Made by a program: the position numbers and the translations under genes
Shown here: piece after piece, positions 17,335 to 26,114 of the stretch
How positions within the stretch are numbered: position 1 is the stretch's first letter
Layout: the number at the start of each line of letters is the position of its first letter
The notes under the pieces: model-generated
The model's input: the letters and a program-made list of their open reading frames with translations, nothing else
What the model was told of the DNA's origin: nothing
Database searches by the model: none
DNA from: Acidimicrobiales bacterium
GTDB taxonomy: Bacteria; Actinomycetota; Acidimicrobiia; Acidimicrobiales; JAJPHD01
Length of the DNA stretch: 64,000 nt
Reading direction: 5' to 3'
Assembly (NCBI GenBank): GCA_039583695.1
Contig: JAVKSL010000003.1
Coordinates: 16,313 to 80,312, forward strand

Positions 17335-18390
17335 ATGAGCATGAGAGGACGACTCGTCAAGGGCCGGGCCACACCGGTAGTGCTACCGGTAGGAACGGCT
17401 CCCTCCAGCATCCTGGCACCGGGCAGGAGGGCAGCCAAGCTGCGCCAAGAAGGCATACTGTTGGCTGCTCTTGCCCTGACGATAATCGTGTTCGGAGTGG
17501 TCAATGCCCACTTCGTCTCGAGGTTCAACCTGGTGAGCACGGCGCAGGACTCCACTGAGGTCGCCCTGCTCGCCATCGGCGAGCTCTACGTCATCGTGAC
17601 GGCTGGCATCGACCTGTCGGTGGGGGCGATCCTGGGCCTCGCTGGCGTGGTAGGGGCGATGGCGGCCGGCAATCTCAGCGCCAATCCGGTCCTCGCGCTG
17701 ATCGTTGGTGCCGCGGTGGCGATCGGCATCGGCATCGTCTGCGGGGTGATCAACGGCCTCATGATCGTGCGCCTACGGATCACGCCGTTCGTGGCGACGC
17801 TCGCGATGCTCGGCGTGGCCACGGGGATCACCCTGGTCCTCACGTCGGGGGTGGATGTCGGCGGTCTTCCGGCCCTTGCCTCCTCGGTCGGCAACCACAT
17901 CTTCCTCGACGTGCTCACCATGCCGATCGTCGTCACGGTCGTGTTGGCCATCGTGTTCGGCCTCATCCTCCAGGGGGGGGTGTTCGGGCGTTGGACCTAC
18001 GCCATCGGCTCCGACATGCGAGCAGCGCGCCAGAGCGGGATCTCCGTGCGGCGCCACCTGGTGAAGGTTTACATGATCTCCGGCCTCCTGGCCGGGATCG
18101 CCGGATTTGTCGTCATGACCCGCTTGGGAGTCGGCTCACCGGTGGAGGGAGCCAACGACGAGCTGAGCGCCATCACGGCCGTGGTGATCGGAGGGGCGAG
18201 CCTCTTCGGAGGGCGGGGTTCGATGGTCGGCACGATGATCGGTGCCGTCCTACTCTCGGTCCTGCTGAGCGGGCTCATCATCAGCGGTGTGCAGCCATAC
18301 TGGCAGACCGTGGTCACCGGGCTGATGCTCGCGGTGGCAGTGATCATCCAGACAATCGGCAGGCGCGGGGGACGAGAGGAGGTCATGTGA
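17335..18390 (+). CDS. sugar ABC transporter permease (CUT2)
   Basis: ATG 17335 (MSMRGRL...). Multi-TM with a conserved ..TAGIDLSVGAI.. and ..VIGGASLFGGRGS.. pattern. Confidence 0.9.
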   Translation: MSMRGRLVKGRATPVVLPVGTAPSSILAPGRRAAKLRQEGILLAALALTIIVFGVVNAHFVSRFNLVSTAQDSTEVALLAIGELYVIVTAGIDLSVGAILGLAGVVGAMAAGNLSANPVLALIVGAAVAIGIGIVCGVINGLMIVRLRITPFVATLAMLGVATGITLVLTSGVDVGGLPALASSVGNHIFLDVLTMPIVVTVVLAIVFGLILQGGVFGRWTYAIGSDMRAARQSGISVRRHLVKVYMISGLLAGIAGFVVMTRLGVGSPVEGANDELSAITAVVIGGASLFGGRGSMVGTMIGAVLLSVLLSGLIISGVQPYWQTVVTGLMLAVAVIIQTIGRRGGREEVM

Positions 18391-19145
18391 GCGACCAACC
18401 CCTCCTTCAGCTGAAGGAGGTCTCGAAGAGCTACGGCGCCGTACGCGCCCTGGACGGCGTGTCCTTCGACGTGAATGCCGGCGAGATCGTGGCGTTGGTG
18501 GGTGACAACGGCGCCGGCAAGTCCTCCACGGTGAAGGTGGTTGCCGGCACTATCCAGGCCGACGGAGGTAAGGTCGTCTTCGACGGGGCGGAACGACGTT
18601 GGGCGTCTCCCCGCCAAGCCCAGGAGTCCGGTATCGAGACTCTCTATCAGGACATGGGGCTCGCCCCGCACCTATCGGTAAGCGGGAACATCTTCTTGGG
18701 CCGCGAGCTGCGCCGGAAGGGCCTGCTGGGCAGGCTCGGGTTCATGGACAACGACGCCATGTCGCTCCGGGCGCACGAGGAGATCGAGAAGCTGAAGGTC
18801 AACGTGCCGGCCGGCGAGTACGCTACTGAGGAGCTGTCGGGAGGGCAGCGCCAGGCGGTGGCCATCGCCAAGTCGATGGCGTGGGCGAGCAAGCTGATCC
18901 TGCTGGACGAGCCGACCAACCACCTCGGCGTGCAGGGCGTCAGCCAGGTGCTCGACCTGTTGCGGCGGATACGGGACCTGGGTCTCGGGATCCTCCTGGT
19001 CTCTCACACCATCCCCCACGTCCTGGAGGTGTCCGACCGCATCGTCGTGCTCTGGCAAGGTCATGTCGCCACAACGCTGGACGCTGCCAGCACCGACATC
19101 GACGAGGTGGTCCGGGAGATCACGGGAGGCTCGGCGGCGGCGTGA
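18387..19145 (+). CDS. sugar ABC transporter ATP-binding protein, single-NBD short form (FrcA-like)
   Basis: GTG 18387 in a GTGA overlap. Walker A GDNGAGKSS, signature LSGGQRQ, Walker B LILLDEPT. Only ~252 aa, so one NBD. Confidence 0.9.
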   Translation: MSDQPLLQLKEVSKSYGAVRALDGVSFDVNAGEIVALVGDNGAGKSSTVKVVAGTIQADGGKVVFDGAERRWASPRQAQESGIETLYQDMGLAPHLSVSGNIFLGRELRRKGLLGRLGFMDNDAMSLRAHEEIEKLKVNVPAGEYATEELSGGQRQAVAIAKSMAWASKLILLDEPTNHLGVQGVSQVLDLLRRIRDLGLGILLVSHTIPHVLEVSDRIVVLWQGHVATTLDAASTDIDEVVREITGGSAAA

Positions 19146-20128
19146 ACGCCGAGTTGCCACGACCACGACCACCGCCGTCGGGGCGACAGGTCGTGGCCGT
19201 GGCGACTCGGTCCCTGCCGGGCGACGCGCTGGAACGACTGGCGCGGGCAGCGCCCGTCGAAGTGTGGCAACACCTGCGCCAGCCCAGCTCGGACGAGCTG
19301 CGAGCGCTCAGCACCGACGCCACCGTCATCGTGTGCACCAGCGCGGCGACGATCGACGCCGCAGTGCTCGACGGCTGTGAGCGCCTCGGGCTGGTCGCTT
19401 CGGTGAGCGCGGGGACCGACCACATCGACCTGGTCGGCTGCGAACGGCGCGGCATTCGCGTCACGAACACCCCTGGAGTGCTCCACGAGGCGACGGCAGA
19501 TCTCACCTGGGCTCTGATCCTGGCCACGGCTCGTAGGGTCGTGGAGGCCGCGCTGCTGGTACGCAGCGGCGGATGGGAGCGGGTCGACCTCGACGTCATG
19601 GTCGGCACGGACATTCACGGCGGGAGGCTGGGCCTCGTCGGCTATGGCGAGATCGCCCGGGCAGTAGCCGCGCGGGCCGCTGGTTTCGCCATGGAGGTCG
19701 TTCACCACTCCCGCCACCGCGGGGAGGACCCGGGGTGGGTCCCCCTCGACGAGCTTCTGCAAAGCTCCGACGTGGTCAGCCTGCACGTCCCGCTCACCCC
19801 GGCCACCGAGGCTCTGATCGGGGAGCGCGAGCTGTCGCTGATGAAGCCCACTGCCATCCTGGTCAACACGTCACGAGGTGGCGTCGTCGACCAGGACGCG
19901 CTGCTACAGGCCCTCCGGGAGGAGCGGCTCTTCGGCGCAGGACTGGATGTGAATGTCACTGAGCCGCTCCAAAACATCGCCGATCCGCTGCTCGCGCTGG
20001 ACAACTGCATCGTGCTGCCCCACATCGGCTCGGCGTCGCGACAGGCTCGTGCGGCGATGGCCAGCTTGGCCGTCGACAACGTGCTCGCCTTTCTGGCCGG
20101 CGCCCCTCTCCTCACGCCGCTCGTCTGA
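19142..20128 (+). CDS. D-isomer-specific 2-hydroxyacid dehydrogenase (glyoxylate/hydroxypyruvate reductase-like)
   Basis: GTG 19142 in a GTGA overlap. GLVGYGEIARAVA NAD-binding motif, ...LVNTSRGGVVD..., ...VLPHIGSAS.... Confidence 0.85.
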   Translation: MNAELPRPRPPPSGRQVVAVATRSLPGDALERLARAAPVEVWQHLRQPSSDELRALSTDATVIVCTSAATIDAAVLDGCERLGLVASVSAGTDHIDLVGCERRGIRVTNTPGVLHEATADLTWALILATARRVVEAALLVRSGGWERVDLDVMVGTDIHGGRLGLVGYGEIARAVAARAAGFAMEVVHHSRHRGEDPGWVPLDELLQSSDVVSLHVPLTPATEALIGERELSLMKPTAILVNTSRGGVVDQDALLQALREERLFGAGLDVNVTEPLQNIADPLLALDNCIVLPHIGSASRQARAAMASLAVDNVLAFLAGAPLLTPLV

Positions 20129-20158
20129 CCGCGCGGCTCAACGGCCCTGCGGCAGTGC

Positions 20159-20665
20159 CTACGGGACTGCAAGTATTGCGCGGACCACTGCCTCCGGGGT
20201 CTGGGTGGCATCTACCACCACCGAGGCAGCCGCAACGAGCCGGGAGTCCCGGGCGGCGACCATTGCACCCAGCGAGGCTGCGGCGGCGTCACCCAGCAAC
20301 GGTCTGGGCGGGTCGACCGCCACCCGCGCAGCCAAGGTTTCCGCATCGGCCCGCAGGTAGACCAACAACCCCCGGCTCCTCAACAGGATGAGGTCGTCGG
20401 CTCGTTCGGCGATGCTGGCGGGGATGCCGGCCACCAGCGGGGGGTCGAGGTCAGCGACAACATGGACAAAGGCGGACTCCCAGGCGTGGAGAACCTCGGT
20501 GCCGGAGACCCCCAGCTCGACGGTGGAACGCCCGGCAAGCGTGGCGATCGTTGAGTCGTTGTCCACGTAGCGACCGCCGATAGCCGAGGCGATCAGACGG
20601 CCGGTGGTCGATTTTCCACTCCCCATCAGGCCGATCAGCCAGATTCGGCCAGCGGGCTGGGTCAC
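20159..20665 (-). CDS. shikimate kinase-like P-loop kinase
   Basis: IWLIGLMGSGKSTTGRLIA..YVDNDS is the AroK-like Walker A/DxD pattern. GTG 20665 is the preferred start. The ATG 20722 extension would run into the intron-RT remnant. Confidence 0.65.
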   Translation of the reverse strand: MTQPAGRIWLIGLMGSGKSTTGRLIASAIGGRYVDNDSTIATLAGRSTVELGVSGTEVLHAWESAFVHVVADLDPPLVAGIPASIAERADDLILLRSRGLLVYLRADAETLAARVAVDPPRPLLGDAAAASLGAMVAARDSRLVAAASVVVDATQTPEAVVRAILAVP

Positions 20666-20669
20666 GCGA

Positions 20670-21320
20670 GCCCGAACTCTGGCTGACTGAGGATGGGCCG
20701 TGCATGGAATGATCGACGCCACTTTTCGTCCGTTATCATGCCATGAACGTCCTCAGTGCCTGAGCCCCGCACCATCTTCCACAAGTTGGTGGCGCGGTTG
20801 CCACATATCCCTGGTGCGGAGTGACAATCGAGCGACGCCACAGGTCCACCCACCGGCACCACGTGCGGCCCGTTCTCCGGATGCTGTCCTGCCTTGTGCT
20901 GGCGGCATCTGTCACGTTCACCCTCCTTTGGATGCAGTTCGACGGTACTCGGTTCGCCATGCCCGGGATTGCGTGACACATGCAACAAGCCAACCGCCTC
21001 CCCTCCAGCGATGGACGTGATCTATAAGACTAGAGAAGCTTCAGATTCTCACGCAAGAACCCTGGAGGATGACCAGCGCTGGCGCTCTTCCAAGACTCTT
21101 TCGTGGGGCCGCGCGGTTTCAGGTCGCCCAAGGGACGGGAGCACTGGCAAATTATGCCGACCAACAGCGGCGCAAGAACACAGCTGCATCAAGGTCGCTT
21201 TCCCTGACCAACGGCCCGAAGCCGCTTTTTCTGAGAAGGTTCTTCGATGCCATGCTCCATCCTCGCTTCCACCTATGGAGTCTCCAAGGAACCCCGGCCG
21301 GTTCACCGCGCGGTGACGGA
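20670..21320 (-). mobile_element. truncated group II intron (domains I-III plus first ~60 codons of the intron-encoded reverse transcriptase)
   Basis: On the minus strand: GGGAAAGCGACC (21204-21193), CCUGAAACC (21123-21115), GAGAAUCUGAA (21050-21040), CCGAGUACCGUC (20952-20941). Then AAAGGAGGG-N5-GTG (20929-20913), and an RT-N-terminus-like frame ..NLWKMVRGSGTEDVHGMITDEKW.. (about 20787-20725). These blocks match Ll.LtrB and other group II introns as I remember them. Domains IV(3')-VI and the RT body are absent. Both boundaries are approximate. Confidence 0.55.
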
Positions 21321-21654
21321 ATGCTCGGAGGCCGCAGCGGGTTCCTGGAAGCGTGACTTCTCTGACGACCACAGCCGCCAGCGTCTTCTCAAGCAGCTTG
21401 GTCGGCTACCGGAAGGGCCAGTCCAGCCCCGAGGATATTGGCCGCGGCGTGCTCGGCGGCGTGGGCATTGTGTTTAGACGCTTGACATTGAAACACCGCC
21501 TGGCTAGCACAGCTCTCCCTGGCGATTTGACCACAGCGACATCGCTCAGAGGTATTCCGGGCAGGTGCAGGCCGAGGGAGCTGACCCTCGCCGCGAAGAT
21601 CAGCGTTGGACCCCGAGCAGGGATGCTCGGGGCTTCACCCCTCGGGGAGATCTG

Positions 21655-23022
21655 ATGGACTACGACTTGTTGGTGATCGGTGGCGGTGCAGCAGGGATCA
21701 GCGCGGCGCGCACAGCGGCGCGCCGCGGCGCGCGCGCGGTGCTCGTTCAGGCTGGCCCGGTCGGAGGTGACTGCACCTTCGTCGGCTGTGTGCCCTCTAA
21801 GACCCTGATCGAGTCAGCGGCACAGGGCGCCGACTTTTCCACCGCGATGACCCGGGTTCACACCGCCATCAGCCAGCTCGCGGCCACCGAGTCGGCAGAC
21901 GTGCTGCGCGGCGAGGGGATCGACGTGGCGGAAGGCTGGGCCCGGCTGATCGCCGCCGACCGCGTGCAGGTCGACTCTCGACAGCTGCGGGCCCCACGCC
22001 TCGTGATCGCTACCGGTGCCAGTCCGTTGGTACCGCCGATCGCGGGGCTCGGCGCCCTCGACATCCTCACCAACGAGAACGTGTTCGCGCAAAGCGAGCA
22101 GCCGGAGTCGCTCATCGTGATCGGCGGCGGAGCGATCGGCGTCGAGCTGGCCCAGGCTTTCGCCCGTCTCGGCACGAGCGTCACGGTCATCGAGGCCGCC
22201 AACCGGATCCTGCCGCGCGAGGAGCCCGAGGCATCGGCGATCATCACAGCTGCGCTCGCCCGGGACGGAGTCCGGGTCCTGAGCGGCCGCAAGGTCACAG
22301 ATGCTTCGCCGGATCCAATTGGCGTCCGGGTCGGCCTCGACAACGGCACCGATATCCACGGATCGCGGGTCCTCGTGGCAATCGGCCGGCAGGCAAGCAC
22401 CGCGGACCTGGGCCTCGACGCTGCGCGGGTGGAACTCGACGGGCGGGGATTCATCCGTACCGACGAACACCTGCGCACCAATGTGGCGGGCATCTGGGCA
22501 GCGGGTGATATCGCCGGGCGGGTGCAGTTTACCCACGCAGCCGAGGAGATGGGTCGGGTCGCTGCCAACAATGCGCTTGGCAGGGTGGGCTACCGGCGAT
22601 TTCGCGACCGCTGGATCCCCGGGGTGACCTACACGGCGCCCGAGGTTGCCCGCGTTGGCCTGACCGAGGGGGCCGCCGCAGCCCTGGGAGCCCGGGTCGC
22701 CTACCTGCCGACGAGCGAGGTCGACCGGGCGATCACCGCGGATCGCACCGAAGGATACGTGAAGCTGATAGTGGGTCCCCGCCGTGGCACCCGCAGCCTC
22801 GCCGGTGGTCGCCTCCTCGGAGCAACTGTCGTTGCCGCCAGGGCCGGGGAGATGATCTACGGGCCGACCCTCGCCATGCGCAGCCACATGTTTCCCGCTC
22901 GCCTGGCGCTTACCACGCAGGCCTACCCGACCTGGTCTCTCGCCATTCAGCAGGCTGCCGTGCAGCTGTTTACCGAGATTGGAGGCCGCCGGGCCCGCCC
23001 AGCCGAACCGGATCCCACCTGA
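21655..23022 (+). CDS. pyridine nucleotide-disulfide oxidoreductase (flavoprotein disulfide reductase, Lpd/MerA-like)
   Basis: MDYDLLVIGGGAAGISAA is the FAD motif. Redox-active CTFVGCVPSK (CxxxxC). Second Rossmann IVIGGGAIGVELA. C-terminal dimerisation domain present. Confidence 0.85.
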   Translation: MDYDLLVIGGGAAGISAARTAARRGARAVLVQAGPVGGDCTFVGCVPSKTLIESAAQGADFSTAMTRVHTAISQLAATESADVLRGEGIDVAEGWARLIAADRVQVDSRQLRAPRLVIATGASPLVPPIAGLGALDILTNENVFAQSEQPESLIVIGGGAIGVELAQAFARLGTSVTVIEAANRILPREEPEASAIITAALARDGVRVLSGRKVTDASPDPIGVRVGLDNGTDIHGSRVLVAIGRQASTADLGLDAARVELDGRGFIRTDEHLRTNVAGIWAAGDIAGRVQFTHAAEEMGRVAANNALGRVGYRRFRDRWIPGVTYTAPEVARVGLTEGAAAALGARVAYLPTSEVDRAITADRTEGYVKLIVGPRRGTRSLAGGRLLGATVVAARAGEMIYGPTLAMRSHMFPARLALTTQAYPTWSLAIQQAAVQLFTEIGGRRARPAEPDPT

Positions 23023-23074
23023 GGTCTCCTGCGGCCCCAAGCAGCGCCTGGGCACGCCAGCCGAACGTGACGGC

Positions 23075-23515
23075 TCATCGACGGGTGAGGCGGAAGGCGG
23101 CAAGAGTGGCGAGAGCCACGCCGTCGAGCCCCCAGCTCATGAGATGATCGCCGAGAGAGTCGACGATAAAGCTACCGGCAATGATTGCAGCGATCACCAT
23201 CCACTGGGCCACCCTGTGCCACGTCCATGAGCGCTCACGGGTCGCGCCAGCGGGCTGAGGCTTGCCTTCCAGAAGCCCCAGCACGGCCCGAGCCGACGGG
23301 TTTACCAGCGCCTTCCCACCGATCAGCACCGTGGGCACCGTCTCGTCCCCGCCTGTGAGCTCACGGAGCACGCCAGCGGCGCCAGGGTCCTGCCAGATGT
23401 TGACCTCATTGGTCGCCACCCCGAGCTTGCGGAGGCGGCGGCGCAGGCTCGAGCAGTACGGGCAGCCTGGGCGCCAGTACAGCGTCGGGACCTGTGGGAC
23501 GACTTGGTTGGTCAT
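23075..23515 (-). CDS. glutaredoxin/NrdH-like redoxin with C-terminal membrane segment
   Basis: TLYWRPGCPYCSSLRRRL carries the CPYC active site. ..TVPTVLIGG... C-terminal hydrophobic stretch WMVIAAIIAGSFIV. Confidence 0.7.
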   Translation of the reverse strand: MTNQVVPQVPTLYWRPGCPYCSSLRRRLRKLGVATNEVNIWQDPGAAGVLRELTGGDETVPTVLIGGKALVNPSARAVLGLLEGKPQPAGATRERSWTWHRVAQWMVIAAIIAGSFIVDSLGDHLMSWGLDGVALATLAAFRLTRR

Positions 23516-23660
23516 GCCCTGCTAAACGCTTCCCGCAGCACCGTGCATTCCGCTCCAGCCCGAACCAGGACCGCCCAGGGCTGCGGGCGTCGCCGGACAC
23601 GGGCGCCTGCTCCCTGCCGACCTCGGAGGCGATCTGGTCCCGGTCAGCAGCCCGTTAGAG

Positions 23661-24284
23661 TTGCCCGGTGACACCATGGGGGCTGGATCGCGTCCACCAT
23701 GTGAAAGGAACGCAACGAGCTCGGCGGTCAAGGGGCTAGAGGTGACGGTTCCTTCCGAGCGTCGTGAAGCGTTCGAGCGATACGTGCTCCCCGAGCTCGA
23801 GACGATGTTCAGGGTGGCACTGGCCATGACACGCAATCGCGCAGAGGCGGAGGACCTGGTCCAAGACACCCTGCTGCGGGCGTTCCAGGCGATCGAGCGC
23901 TTCGACGGCCGCCATCCTCGGGCCTGGCTGTTGACGATCTTGCGAAATACCCAGATCAACCGGCATCGGCGCCGACGGCCCGGACTCTTGCGCGACTGGG
24001 ATGGCGACCAGCGAGCTCGCGAGCCGGCATCGACCGATTCGGGACCGGAGGAGACGGTTATGGCCACGATGCTCGACTTCGTGGTCGAGGCCGCCTTCTC
24101 GGCGCTCCCCGACCACCAGCAGATCGTGATCTGGCTGGTGGATGTCGACGGCCTGTCCTACAGGGAAGCGGCGGAGGTCCTCGCGGTGCCGATCGGCACG
24201 GTCATGAGCCGCTTGCATCGGGGACGGAAGCGGATCATGCACCAGCTGGTGGGCTCAGAGGTGGCAACCGGGAGGATCTCGTGA
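23661..24284 (+). CDS. ECF (group IV) RNA polymerase sigma factor
   Basis: Region 2 EDLVQDTLLRAFQAIERFDGRHPRAWLLTILRN. Region 4 LSYREAAEVLAVPIGTVMSRLHRGR. The start is uncertain (ATG 23661 or an internal GTG near 23741). Confidence 0.85.
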   Translation: MPGDTMGAGSRPPCERNATSSAVKGLEVTVPSERREAFERYVLPELETMFRVALAMTRNRAEAEDLVQDTLLRAFQAIERFDGRHPRAWLLTILRNTQINRHRRRRPGLLRDWDGDQRAREPASTDSGPEETVMATMLDFVVEAAFSALPDHQQIVIWLVDVDGLSYREAAEVLAVPIGTVMSRLHRGRKRIMHQLVGSEVATGRIS

Positions 24285-24553
24285 GGTTCCGGTCCCGACG
24301 GGAACTGAACATGAGCTGCCTGAGGGTCATCCGGGTCCTGCAGGCCTACCTCGACGGGGAGGTGGACGAGTCCACAGCCCGGCTGGTGAGCGTCCATCTG
24401 GCAGATTGTGGCCGCTGCGGGATGCGGGCTGACACCTATCGCGCGATCAAGGCGGCCATGGCCCGGCGCGGGCCAGGCTGGGACGACGACACGTGCCAAC
24501 GCTTCGAGCGCTTCGCCCGCCAGGTCGCCCGATCCGATCCCGACCGGATCTGA
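24281..24553 (+). CDS. zinc-binding anti-sigma factor (ZAS, RsrA/RshA-like, soluble)
   Basis: GTG 24281 in a GTGA overlap with the sigma stop. HLADCGRCG is the HxxxCxxC ZAS motif. 90 aa with no TM segment. Confidence 0.7.
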   Translation: MRFRSRRELNMSCLRVIRVLQAYLDGEVDESTARLVSVHLADCGRCGMRADTYRAIKAAMARRGPGWDDDTCQRFERFARQVARSDPDRI

Positions 24554-24623
24554 GGCTCGCCAGGGCGCCCCGTCGATCAGGCCGTGCGTCGCCGGACAGG
24601 CACCCAAACGAGTAGCCCGGGGA

Positions 24624-25361
24624 ATGGCAGTCGGGCGGAGCGGGTTCCTTTCCCGTCAGCGAGGGCCGGGTGTGGCCGTGGAGGTATTTGACCAGGTGAG
24701 ACGTGTTCCTAAAGCGGTACGGGCCCAGCGCCACCCTTCGTCGAAGTCCGCGATTACATGGATCCGCGGTCACCGCTCCGCCAGGATTGGTCTCTCGGGG
24801 CTTTCGGGCGTGCTGATGCTGGCGGCGATAGGCCTCATCGGCTTCCCGCTGTTCACCAACCTCATCCAGGCTGGCAACGAGGGGCACCTGGCCCAGGAGC
24901 TCCTTAGCCCAGGCCTGCGCCAGCAGTACATCAACGGTGACGTAGGGGTCGGCCAGAGCCTGACGAGGATCAAGATCCCCGCCATCGGCGTCAACGTCGT
25001 GGTCGTACAGGGGACGACGGACTCTGCGCTGCGATCCGGGGCTGGGCACTACACCAACACACCCCTGCCGTGCACCGTTGGAAACGTTGCAATCGCCGGC
25101 CATCGGACCACATATGGCAAGCCCTTTTCCCAGCTTCAAGCACTTGTCCCGGGCGACACCATCGAGCTGGACACGCCGGTCGGCACGTGCGTTTACAAGG
25201 TCACCGAGGCGCCCTACAAGGTGCTGCCGACAGATGTCTCGGTGGTGGACAACACCCCGGGCCGGCACAACCTCACGCTGACTACCTGCGCACCCAGGTA
25301 CTTTGCAACGCATAGGATGATCGTCAAGGCGACGATGGTGTCTACGGAGCCAGCCGCCTGA
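24624..25361 (+). CDS. class E sortase
   Basis: N-terminal TM (VLMLAAIGLIGFPLF). ..GNVAIAGHRTTYG.. catalytic His region. ..LTLTTC.. is the TLxTC catalytic Cys motif. The start is uncertain. Confidence 0.8.
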   Translation: MAVGRSGFLSRQRGPGVAVEVFDQVRRVPKAVRAQRHPSSKSAITWIRGHRSARIGLSGLSGVLMLAAIGLIGFPLFTNLIQAGNEGHLAQELLSPGLRQQYINGDVGVGQSLTRIKIPAIGVNVVVVQGTTDSALRSGAGHYTNTPLPCTVGNVAIAGHRTTYGKPFSQLQALVPGDTIELDTPVGTCVYKVTEAPYKVLPTDVSVVDNTPGRHNLTLTTCAPRYFATHRMIVKATMVSTEPAA

Positions 25362-25375
25362 TGATCTCGGTCCGG

Positions 25376-26044
25376 CTAGCCGAGGGCGCCGGCAAGCTCG
25401 GACAGCGAGGCGACGCAATGGTCCGGGGCAAGGAAATAGCCCGGATACGGCCGGGCCCGACGGTTGACCCAGGCAGTGCGCATTCCGGCTCGCCTGGCGC
25501 CGTCGATGTCCCAGGGGTGCACGGCGACGAGCAGCATGTCGGCAGGTTCGACCGAGCAGCTGCGCCAGGCGTGCTCGTAGGCGCCCGGAGCCGGCTTCCA
25601 CACGCCAGCGTCCTCGACCGACAACAGTCGCTCCAAGTGGTCGCGGATTCCGGCGGCGGCCAATAAACGCTCGGCGATCTCGGTCGAGCCGTTGGTGAGC
25701 GTGACCAGTCGTGCTCCGGCCGCGGCGAGAGCTCGGACGCCGTCAGGCACATCAGGATGGACCGGCAGGTCGAGGAACCCGCTCATGACGTGCTCGACCG
25801 CCGCGTCAGGATCACAGTTCAGCGGCAGGCCAGCCAGGACATCGCGAAGCGCTCCTTCGCCGAGCGTCGAGAAGCGCTCGGAGGCGCGGGCCGCGGCGAG
25901 CGCGAACCCGTCGCGCAAGAGCGACGCGAACCACACCTTCGCCGCCCATTCGGGCGCGCCGACCTCGGTGAAGCGTTGGCCCATCGGAGTCAGGTCAGAG
26001 AGGGTCTCGTTGACATCGAAAACCACCACCCTAGGCATGTTCAC
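25376..26044 (-). CDS. HAD-superfamily hydrolase (haloacid dehalogenase type II-like)
   Basis: VVVFDVNETL is the DxxxT-type motif I. ..LVTLTNGS.. is motif II. ..WKPAPGAY...VAVHPWDIDGA. Confidence 0.8.
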   Translation of the reverse strand: MNMPRVVVFDVNETLSDLTPMGQRFTEVGAPEWAAKVWFASLLRDGFALAAARASERFSTLGEGALRDVLAGLPLNCDPDAAVEHVMSGFLDLPVHPDVPDGVRALAAAGARLVTLTNGSTEIAERLLAAAGIRDHLERLLSVEDAGVWKPAPGAYEHAWRSCSVEPADMLLVAVHPWDIDGARRAGMRTAWVNRRARPYPGYFLAPDHCVASLSELAGALG

Positions 26045-26114
26045 GACTTGTTCCTTGGTTCGCCGTCCATGGCGTCGAGGAGCAGTGGTGGGTGAACCGG
26101 TGCCGATCCCATCC

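Noticed and set aside
20700-21650. tmRNA, RNase P RNA or a riboswitch in the long intergenic gap
   Set aside because: None of the conserved cores that I know is present on either strand (tmRNA ends and tag ORF, the RNase P GAGGAAAGUCC block, the TPP/ZTP/SAM cores). Most of the gap is better explained by group II intron domain I-III similarity.
21814-23103. 429-aa minus-strand ORF
   Set aside because: It is antisense to the flavoprotein disulfide reductase, which has clear FAD/CxxxxC/NAD motifs. The composition is shadow-like.
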